Shown piece by piece: positions 10,249-20,000 of a stretch of 64,000 nt of DNA. How positions within the stretch are numbered: position 1 is the first letter of the stretch; every line of letters starts with the position of its first letter. This stretch comes from Planctomycetota bacterium. Lineage in GTDB: Bacteria > Planctomycetota > SZUA-567 > H5-PLA8. The stretch is from contig JBBRPR010000002.1 in NCBI GenBank assembly GCA_038227875.1, positions 240,169 to 304,168 of the forward strand, read 5' to 3'. A model generated the notes under the pieces. The model had not been told where the DNA came from and ran no database searches. It was given only the letters and a program-made list of their open reading frames with translations. A program made the translations under genes and the position numbers.

Positions 10249-11114
10249 AATACCGGATCCACCACCGCACCGCGTACGTGTACGCCGGCGGCGTGACACT
10301 CTGCCACAACATCCTGCACCTCAAGCCGCGCAAGACGCCACGTCAGACGTGCCTGTCGGCGAAGCTGTCGATTACGCCGGAACCGGCCGTGGTGCGAGAG
10401 TATCCCGACTACTTCGGCAACCTCATCACGTATTTCTGCATCGAAGAACGCCACGAATCGCTCGACATCCTGGCGCAGAGCGAAGTCGAGGTCGCTGCGT
10501 TCACGCCCCCGCTGGTGGAATTCACGCCGCCGTGGGAGGACGTGCGCGATACGCTCAACTACAATGCGCCCGCGCATCTCGATGCCATTCAGTACAAGGT
10601 TCCATCCGATCACGTGATTCTCGACGAGACCGTCGCGGCCTACGCGCTGCAATCGTTCACGCCGCGACGGCCGATCCTCGCCGCCGCACAGGACCTGACG
10701 ACGCGCATCCATCGCGATTTCAAATACGACACGACCGCGACATCGATCAACACCGCGCCGCAGGAAGTGATGCGGATCCGCAAAGGCGTCTGTCAGGATT
10801 TCGCGCATCTGCAGATCGCGTGTTTCCGGGCGATCGGGCTGGCGGCACGGTATGTCAGCGGCTATTTGCAGACGCGACCGGCCGGCGATCCACAGAAACT
10901 CGTCGGCGCCGATGCCTCGCACGCCTGGGTCGCGTTTTACTGTCCGGAATTTGGTTGGATTGATCTCGATCCCACGAATAACCTCGTCCCGTCGGAGCGC
11001 CACGTCACCGTAAGCTGGGGACGGGACTACGCGGATGTCAGTCCGGTAAAAGGGGTGATCATTGGCGGGGGACGGCATACGATCTCCGTTGGAGTGGATG
11101 TCGCTGCGATTTAA
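10245..11114 (+). CDS. Bacterial transglutaminase-like protein (N domain plus core)
   Basis: 'GVCQDFAH', 'ARYVSGYL', 'ASHAW', 'DPTN', 'GRDYADV'; TTG start overlaps upstream stop. Confidence 0.92.
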   Translation: MKYRIHHRTAYVYAGGVTLCHNILHLKPRKTPRQTCLSAKLSITPEPAVVREYPDYFGNLITYFCIEERHESLDILAQSEVEVAAFTPPLVEFTPPWEDVRDTLNYNAPAHLDAIQYKVPSDHVILDETVAAYALQSFTPRRPILAAAQDLTTRIHRDFKYDTTATSINTAPQEVMRIRKGVCQDFAHLQIACFRAIGLAARYVSGYLQTRPAGDPQKLVGADASHAWVAFYCPEFGWIDLDPTNNLVPSERHVTVSWGRDYADVSPVKGVIIGGGRHTISVGVDVAAI

Positions 11115-11388
11115 GAGAGGTTTTTATTGCGGATTTCGGATTGCGGATTTCGGATTAGATTGGCGTGCACTCAGGAGAAGTGATTCGTTTTTCAAGGACT
11201 GGAATACGTCACTGGGAGCAGGCATTGCCGATCTAATCCTCAATGCTGTTGAATGCTGTTTCTGCTCGCAGTGTTTGGTTTTGTACAGAGTGGTGTAAAG
11301 AAGTCGAAAACACTCACGTGTGCGCCTCACGATCAACTGGCGCAGGATTTGCCGCTGGTGTAATGCAATCATCTGTGGGGACATCTTT

Positions 11389-12819
11389 GTGAGTTTTTCG
11401 GCGTACCGGACCGACGGTTTTTACGATGAACTTTTTGAATCCGACGGGCGACCCCGCGCGACGGCGCAGATTCTCATTGACCGGCTCTCATCGCTAAGCG
11501 ACCTTGAGATTGCGCGCCGCCAGCAGGACGCCGAAACCGCGTTCCTGCGAATGGGAATCACGTTCAACGTCTACGGCGACGGCGCCGGCACCGAAAAGAT
11601 TTTCCCATTCGACCTGATTCCGCGCATCGTTGAAGCAAAAGAATGGGAGTGGATCGAACGCGGCCTCAAGCAGCGCATCCATGTCCTCAATCTCTTCATC
11701 AACGACATTTATCACGATCAGAAGATCATCAAAGATGGAGTCATTCCCGAAGAGATCATCAAGTCGGCGAAATCGTTCCGGCCACAGTGCCTGGGCCTGA
11801 AGCCGCCACGCGGCATCTGGTGTCATGTCACCGGTACTGATCTGGTGCGCAACGGTGACGGCACGGTTTACGTGCTGGAAGACAATCTGCGCTGCCCGTC
11901 GGGCGTCTCGTACGTGCTGGAAAACCGCCAGGTGATGAAGCGCACGTTCCCGCAGGTCTTCGAAAAGTCGCACGTTCGCCCGGTGGAGGATTATCCCAAC
12001 CGCCTGCTCGACGCGCTCCATTACGTCTGCCCGAACATCGAAAATCCCTGCGCCGCGCTGATGACGCCGGGCATCTACAATTCCGCGTATTACGAACACG
12101 CGTTCCTCGCGCAGCAGATGGGCATCGAACTGGTCGAAGGCCGCGACCTGGTCGTCGCCGATGGTCAGTTGAATATGCGCACGACCAAGGGCCTGCGCCG
12201 GGTTGATGTACTCTACCGCCGCGTCGACGACGATTTTCTCGACCCGGAAGCGTTCCGCGCCGATTCCATGCTCGGCGTCGCGGGTCTGATGGAAGTCTAC
12301 AAATCCGGCCGCGTCGCGCTGGTCAATGCGCCGGGCACTGGCATCGCCGACGACAAGGTCATCTACGCCTATGTGCCGGCGATGATCAAGTACTACCTCA
12401 AAGAAGACCCGATCCTCTCCAACGTGCCCACGTACCTCTGCTGGGAAAAGAAAGACCGCGATCACACGCTGGCGAATCTCGAAAAGCTCGTCGTCAAAGC
12501 CGCCAACGAATCCGGCGGTTACGGCATGCTGATTGGACCGAGCTCCACCGCCGCGCAGCGGGACGAATTCGCCGCCAAGATCAACGCCAATCCGCGCAAT
12601 TACATCGCGCAGCCCACGCTCTCGCTCTCGCGCGTGCCGGTACTGGTCAATTCGAACTATGAAGGCCGGCATGTGGACTTGCGTCCGTACATCATTTACG
12701 GCAAAGATATTTACGTGCTTCCCGGCGGCCTGACGCGCGTGGCGCTGAAAAAAGGTTCGCTGGTCGTGAATTCGTCACAGGGCGGTGGCAGCAAAGATAC
12801 GTGGGTCCTCTTTCGATAG
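11389..12819 (+). CDS. Circularly permuted ATP-grasp type 2 peptide ligase
   Basis: '[18 protein letters not shown]', '[10 protein letters not shown]', '[25 protein letters not shown]'; start reassigned to GTG 11389 behind GGGGA. Confidence 0.93.
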   Translation: MSFSAYRTDGFYDELFESDGRPRATAQILIDRLSSLSDLEIARRQQDAETAFLRMGITFNVYGDGAGTEKIFPFDLIPRIVEAKEWEWIERGLKQRIHVLNLFINDIYHDQKIIKDGVIPEEIIKSAKSFRPQCLGLKPPRGIWCHVTGTDLVRNGDGTVYVLEDNLRCPSGVSYVLENRQVMKRTFPQVFEKSHVRPVEDYPNRLLDALHYVCPNIENPCAALMTPGIYNSAYYEHAFLAQQMGIELVEGRDLVVADGQLNMRTTKGLRRVDVLYRRVDDDFLDPEAFRADSMLGVAGLMEVYKSGRVALVNAPGTGIADDKVIYAYVPAMIKYYLKEDPILSNVPTYLCWEKKDRDHTLANLEKLVVKAANESGGYGMLIGPSSTAAQRDEFAAKINANPRNYIAQPTLSLSRVPVLVNSNYEGRHVDLRPYIIYGKDIYVLPGGLTRVALKKGSLVVNSSQGGGSKDTWVLFR

Positions 12820-12826
12820 GTTTTGA

Positions 12827-13849
12827 ATGCTCAGCCGCGTTGCCGACTCTATTTTCTGGATGAACCGCTACATCGAACGCGCCGAGAACGTGGCGCGCTT
12901 CATCGACGTGAACTGGCACCTGATGCTCGATTCCGATGGCAGTGCCGCCGACGATCAGTGGCTGGCGTTGGTCAACACCACGGGGGATCACGCCGAATTC
13001 GCCAAGCACTACGACAAAGTCACCCGCGACAACGTCATCAAGTTCCTGAGCTTTGACGAGAACAACGGAAATTCGATTCTCCGCTGCGTCCGCGCCGCGC
13101 GCGAAAATGCGCGCACCGTTCGCGATGTCATTTCGTCCGAAATGTGGGAGCAGATCAACACGTTCCATTTAATGGTGCGTGAAGCCAGTGCCTCCGGTAA
13201 GGCCCTAGAATCGCCGCACGAATTTTTCAACCAGGTCAAGAACGCCAGCCATCTGTTCCTTGGAATTACCGACACGACCATGTCGCACGGCGAAGGTTGG
13301 AACTTCGCGCGGCTGGGCCAGATGATCGAGCGCTGCGACAAGACCTCGCGCATTCTCGACGTCAAATACAACATGCTCAACGCCCGCAACACTGCCGACG
13401 CCGACGCGATCCAGTGGGCCGCGATTTTGAAATCCGCCAGCGCGCTGGAAATGTACCGCAAGACGCACCGCCGCATCACGCCCGAGCGCGTGGTCGAATT
13501 CCTGATGTTCGATTTCGAATTTCCGCGCGCCGTGCTTTTCTGCCTCGCCGCCGCCGACCATGCGTTGCACAGCATCACGCACACGCCGCAGGGACAGGCG
13601 AAGATGCCCGCCGAGCAGCTCATGAGCGAACTTTACCGTGACCTGACGACGACCACGGTGAGCGACGTTCTAGCTTCCGGACTGCATCAGTATGTCGACG
13701 CGCTGCAGACGCGCCTGAATCAAGTCGGCATCGCCATCGACAACGATTTCTTCTCGTCAGAAGAAACGTTGCCGGTCAAGAAGTCGACGCAGATTCTGAC
13801 TCAGACTCAGACCCAAGGCGCCAGCGTACAGACCCAGAAGCAAGGCTGA
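12827..13849 (+). CDS. Alpha-E domain protein (DUF403) with Gln/Thr-rich tail
   Basis: 'MLSRVADSIFWMNRYIERAENVAR', 'ARENAR', 'IERCDKTSRILD', 'FPRA'. Confidence 0.92.
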   Translation: MLSRVADSIFWMNRYIERAENVARFIDVNWHLMLDSDGSAADDQWLALVNTTGDHAEFAKHYDKVTRDNVIKFLSFDENNGNSILRCVRAARENARTVRDVISSEMWEQINTFHLMVREASASGKALESPHEFFNQVKNASHLFLGITDTTMSHGEGWNFARLGQMIERCDKTSRILDVKYNMLNARNTADADAIQWAAILKSASALEMYRKTHRRITPERVVEFLMFDFEFPRAVLFCLAAADHALHSITHTPQGQAKMPAEQLMSELYRDLTTTTVSDVLASGLHQYVDALQTRLNQVGIAIDNDFFSSEETLPVKKSTQILTQTQTQGASVQTQKQG

Positions 13850-14002
13850 GCCGCACCCGTTCATCATTCATAATTCATAGATCATCGTTATCCGTTCTGT
13901 GAACACGTGCAGCAGGTTCTTCCGAACTCTGCTGTTTTCGCGTGAAAGATTCCTGCACGCCGTCCGTTCAGTACACAGACCCGACGATGCGAGGAATTTT
14001 GT

Positions 14003-17000
14003 ATGAAGAGAAACTGTGTGTTATCCGTTGTGCTGAGTGTGAGCTTCTGCTGCGGCGCGGTTTTTTGCGCCGAGGGCGAAGACTGGAATCTGCCTGCGCC
14101 TCAGCGTGTGGCAGAAGGTGAGACGCTGGCGGCGCGCGGTGAGATCGCGGGGGCCGAGCGCATTCTGCGACAGCTCGAGAACGAAGCGAAAGCGACAGGC
14201 TCGCTGGCGGAACGGACGACAGCGGAAGCGCGCGTCGACCGGCTGCGGCTGGCGGTCGCGCGCGCTCATGTTAAAGGCGGTTCGTGGCCCAATGCGCTGA
14301 CGCTGCTGAATGCGATCGAACTGGAAGGCAAGAGCCCTTCAATTCAGCGCGCGATCTGTGCGGCGACGCTCGATGCGCTTAAACCACTGATGCTGGAGTC
14401 CGACGGCCAATGCGTCGCGCCGTGGACGCCGCTGGCCAACGATAAATTCGGGCCGCAGCAACCCTCAGAAGCGCTGCGCGCACCGTACACCCGCGTAGAT
14501 CGCAAAGAAGCGGCGGAGCTGATCGCCGCGGATTTGACGGCCTGGGAGCGCATTGAAACAGAGACCGGTGGCGTCCTGACCGATTCGGAAAAGGCGACGG
14601 CCGCGGCACTGAGTCCTGTGACGCGGACGCTGGTGCGCTACGCCTGGGGCGTGGTGTCGTACGAGACAGTGGCGAAGGCCATCGACGCGCTGCCCGCGGC
14701 CGAGCGCCGGCTGCAGGCGCTACGGTTGACGCAGTTACTGCTGCGCGAGCATGATCTGGCGCGCGCGGTGCCGCGGCTGCTGGATCTTGAAAAATCGGCG
14801 AAGGACGACGTGTCGAAAGCGGCGGCCGAAGAGCTGATCCGCATTTCCGTCGCGTACGAACGGCTGCGCACGAGTCTGCCGATGTGGAATCCCGGCGTCG
14901 ACGCGGCGGTCAAACCGTACCTCGCCGATCCGGCTTGGGCGGCCAAGCGCGACGCGATCGTCAAGGAACTCGACAAGGCCATCGGCGCGGTCGATTTGAA
15001 GATTGTGCTCGGTGGAGAATCGGCAGCGGACCTCGAACGTGGCGATTCTGCGCCGATGGCCTCCAACCGCGAAACGAGCGACGTCGTCGTTCCCGCGGAC
15101 ATTCTTGCCAAGGCGGAACTCGGCGATCACTTCGAAACGATCAATCCTGACGTGCCGGATACGCACAGCACTCAAAAGGAAAAGCCGGAAGAGAAAAAGG
15201 AGACACCCGAGGAAAAAGAAGCGCGCGCGAAGCTCGACGGAGAACGCCAGAAGCGCGCTGGCGAAAAGCCAAGCCGCTACCACAAGTTGGGCTACCTCGC
15301 CGGCGTGCTGCGTAAGAATGTGCTGCTGGATCTGGATCCTAAAAAGGCCGGTTCGCGCGAGACGCGCGAAGAATACGAACTGCAGGTCGATCATCAGGAA
15401 TTCATGATCGAAGCGCTCGGGCCGGATTTTCAAAAGGACACGTCGCAGGGCTTCCGGCCGCTGACGCCGGACTCGCCGCTGCGATTGGTAATTCTCTCGC
15501 GCTACCACGGTGACCTGGATGTCGATGCGCGCCGCCTGCCCAACCGCGAGGCGTTCGAGAAACTCGACGCGGGCATCAGTCCCGAAACAATCGCGCAGCT
15601 TCCGGTGGCGAAGAACTACACGGTGCCATTCGCGACGATGCTCGAAAATCTCGCGCCGTATCCGACGAAGGGCATTCATGAAATCAAGACACATGGTCTG
15701 GCGCCGGGATTTTACGTGCTGACCGCGCGTGCGCGTTATTCCCCCGTCGTCGCGGTCACGCGCCTCGCGGTGAGCGAGACGAAAGTCGTCGTCCGCCATG
15801 CGCCGAAGGAAATCCTGATCTGGACGCTCGATCGCATCACCGGCACGCCGCACGCCAGCAAGCTCAAAGGAGAGATCAAACCCAATTACATCGGCCAGCA
15901 GGCCTGGGGTGGCGCGGAACTGCCTCGCCGTGATCGCTTTGATGCGATTGATGCGACGCGATTTTACCAGGGACTCGGTGATGAACTGAACCGTAACGCC
16001 ACGGACAACGCCGACGAGTCGTATGCGGCAGGCGTCGCGGAAGGAAAGAAACTGCACGACAAATTCCCGCTCACGCCCGTGGCCCTTCCGACGGAGAGCG
16101 ACGCCAGCGGTCTGGCGCGCGTGGAAATTCCCGCGGGCTGGCGCGGACACCGCTGCGCGATTCATGTCGTCGCCGACGGCTGCGACGTCGACGCCATTCA
16201 TGATCTCAAGGACGTGGTCAACGAAAAGGTAGAACGTGTCGCGGAATGGGTCGCGGACCGGCCCGTGGCCCGGCCGGGTCAAACCGTGAAGATCCACGGC
16301 TTCGTGCGCGAAAATCACAACGGACGGATGATCGTTGCCAGGGGCGGCGAGATTCCGCTGAAATTGACGGCGGTTGGCGCAACGCTCTTTGAGGCGAAGG
16401 TGGCGGTGGACGAAAATGGCGCGTGCGATGTGGAGCAGATCATCGACGCCGACACGCCGGACGGACTACTCTCGGTACAATCGGTCGGCGTAACACCGCT
16501 GTGCGCGATCATCGGCGGCGAAGTGGCGACGCGGCGTGTGCGGCTGGAACTGCCCGCGCATCCCATGCAGGCCGGCAGCCGCGTCAAAGCCCGTGCGATT
16601 GTTGAAAGCGCGGCCGGCATTCCGCTGGTTGGCATCGCGTTGAAGGTGCAGGCGCGATTCCACCACTTTGAGCGGGTGGCTGCTGCGCCGCTGCCGTTCG
16701 GTGAAGAATTCGCCGTCGCTACCGCTTCGCTAAAAGGAGACGTTCAATCCGCGTGGAATCAGGATCGCGAAGTCGTGAGCGGCCTGAATGGCGATGTGGA
16801 GTTTCAGATTGAAATTCCCGACGACGGCAACATGGTCGGGCAGGTGCTTGTCGTTGCGCCGGGCGGCCGCCGCGCGCAGGCCAGTGCCGAAGGGCGCGTA
16901 CTGGGACTTGCCAGCGGGTGCGTGTTTCACATCGATCCGATTGCCGAGCAGCCTGCCGGAAAACCCGCGCGCCTGACATTGATGGCGCGAACCTTGGAAG

Positions 17001-20000
17001 GCACCCCCTACACGAAGCCTTTCCAGATCGCTGACGCCAACGGCCGCGTGATCACCACCTTGACTCCGGATCAGAATGGGCGGGGTGTCGCGGACGTGCA
17101 GTTGCCTCCTCAGCTCTACATGCAAGTGCGGCCCTCGGCCGGCGACGATGGCGGCTGGCAGCGTGTGAGTTTGAATAATCAGGAGCCATCGGCGGAAGTC
17201 CGTGGAGAACGCGGCGTACTCGCGGCGCGGCTGGATCGCAAGGAATACCGCATTGGCGAAACGGCGCACGTTTACCTGCGTGCCGACCGCCCGGCACTGA
17301 AGGTGCTGATGACGACAGAGAGCTCCGGAGTGACACGCGCGCAGATCGTGACGATCACAGAGCGCGCTGCGACGGTGGATATTCCCATCGGTGACCAGGA
17401 CGCGCCGAACGCAACGATCGCGCTCACCGCGCTGGCCGACGACAAGGTCGAATGCGTGCTGCTGCCGCTTGATGTCGCGAAGTCGGAACGCGAACTGACG
17501 GTGCAGCTCACCTCCAACGCGACGAAGGCCGAACCGGGGCAGACCGTGCAGATGACCGCGACGGTGAAAGATGCACGCGGACAGGCCGTCGCCAATTCCA
17601 GCGTGGTCGCCGCTGCGTTTGACGTGCAGTTGCTCTCGCTGGCCGACGATCCGGCTCCAGAGTTTGGCCTGCCGTTCCTGGCGGCCGGTCGAGTCACGCA
17701 TGATGTTGGCTGGACGACAGGTTTCAACACGTTCAGCTACGGCAGTGCGTTTGTGTGGCTTACGCCGGAATGGTCTTTCGGTCCGTACGGGAATGACGCC
17801 AGCGGTTTGGGATTTGGCTATGGCACGGGCCTTGGCCATGGCTCCTTCGGTGCACGCGGCTCTGGCGGCCGCAGATTAATGGTAATGCGTCATGGCGGTT
17901 CGCGCGCCACCGTTGGAACCGAACCGTTCCGCGTGCGCGCGCGATTTTCGGAGCAGGCGCTGTGGAGCACCAAGCTCACCACCGGCGCAGACGGCACGGT
18001 CACGTTTCCGTTCGTTGTACCTGACAATCTGACCACATTTCGCACAGTGGCATACGCGCTCGATACGCGCGGCTATCCGGGCAAGGCGATGCTCGATCTG
18101 CCCGTACAGCGCGACGTCGAACTGACGCTCGATCTTCCGCCTGAATTGCGCGAAGGCGACCGCACTGAAGTTGCTTTGAACGTTTGGAACTACAGCGACA
18201 CGCCGCAGTCGGTGTCGCTCAAGCCGAACTTTCCGCTGCCGGTGCTGTCGTCGAAGTGGATATCGGCCGAGGGCGCAAAGCCGGTGCCCGAGAGTCTCGA
18301 GATCGCACCGCGCTCCAGCGCATCCATCGCTTACATGCTCGATGTCAAAGCCTCGGCGCTGCCCGTCTCGTTCGATACCGCGTCGAACAACCTGCGTTTT
18401 GACGTGAGCGCGACCAATAAAGCCGGCGCGAAACTCGATCAAGCCGTCTTCAACGTGCCGCTGCGGTTGATGGGACATCCCGAGCACCAGACGACGCAGG
18501 CCGTCGTGCGCGAGAAGGGGACGGTGCACGTTCCGTTCTCGGGGTCATTCGATCCGCTGCGAACGAGTCTGACGCTGACGATCCGCCGCGGGCTGCGCGG
18601 GTTGGCGCTGGATATTCGCGAACTTCAATATGTCTTCCCAGAACATTGCCCCGAGCAGACGCTCTCACGCTTCGTGCCGGCGATGGTGCTGGCGTCGACG
18701 CTGCCGGAGGATCAGCAGACGGCGGAAGATCACCAGAAGCTGGAGCGCGTGTTGAAGAGCGGCATCGCGCGCATGCGCACGCTGCATGGCGCGGGGTTCG
18801 CACCGGAATTGCAGCCGCTGAGCGCGTGGTATCTGCGGCGGCTGGCGCAAGTGCCGGCAGGACTGGAAGCGCTGCGCTCCAATGCGGACTGGATTAAGGC
18901 GGCCGAATATTGCGAAAATATGATCGTCATATCGAAGGGCAATGCGACGCCCGATCCGTTTCCCGTGCTCTCCGAAACTGCCGCACAAGGTCCGCAAGGG
19001 TATGGCGGATTCCGCTCCGATCTGTGGACGACGTTCGGTGCGTCGCAATCGGTGTATCGCGGCGGAGCCATCAACCGGCGCGAAGTCCGCGCGCGATTCA
19101 CGCAGGTGTGTCAGAGTTGCATCGAGTTTGCGCGCAAACACAAGCTCGCGCCGCACGACCGCGCGCTGGCCGGGCTGCTCTGTGCGCAGTTGGGATTTGT
19201 CGACCAGGCGAACGAATTGCTCCGATTGCGCCTGCACGACGCCGAATTCACGGCACCCGTAGTACCTGAAAAGGGTGGGGCGGAGAACGTTGTGCCGAAG
19301 TCGGTCTGGTTCGATCAGCAGGAGCGTACACTGGCAGTGGCGCTGGACGTGATGACTGCGGTGGAATTGAAGCAGCCCGAAGCGGAAATTCTGGAGCTTG
19401 CGCTGCGATTGCAGGACCGGCAGGCCTCGCGCGGCGCGGGATTCGGGACGACGTTCCTCAATGGCGTCGGCCTGCTGGCGCTGGCGGACGCGATGAAAGT
19501 CACGGGTGTCGCCTCAAAGGAGGCTGGGTCGATTGTGGTCTCGCTGGGCAAGTTCACAACGGAACTCCCCGCCGGAGCCGACGTGCGGCGCGTTACGATT
19601 GATAGCGCTGCGGTGGAAACGGCGTTTAAGGACGGCTGGGACGTAAGCGTGGCGGCGCCTGCCGGCCAGCTGGCGGGAATTGCCATCGACCGCACGACAC
19701 TGCAACCGGAGAAGGTCGGCGAGAAATCGGCCGACGGCATCGCGGAATCGATCCGCGCGCTTCGCCTGACGGGAACACCCGATGCGAATACCGGTGTCAC
19801 ACTCGATCGCTGCCTCTTTGTGCGACCGCCCGCCGACGCGGCGACGTTGTTGCAGCAGAATTGGAGGCCGTATGCCGGACAACCGTTGCCACTCGGCACG
19901 GAACTGCTCGTGGTTACCAAAATTACGCGCGAGACCGGTACCGAGTTTGTACAGGTGGAATTGCCGACGCTGCCAGGTTGGGAAGCGCTGACATGGAACG

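Noticed and set aside
11124..11384. Small ORFs in the gap within the ligase cluster as precursor peptide
   Set aside because: No RBS, overlap heptamer repeats, atypical composition; better read as promoter/intergenic DNA
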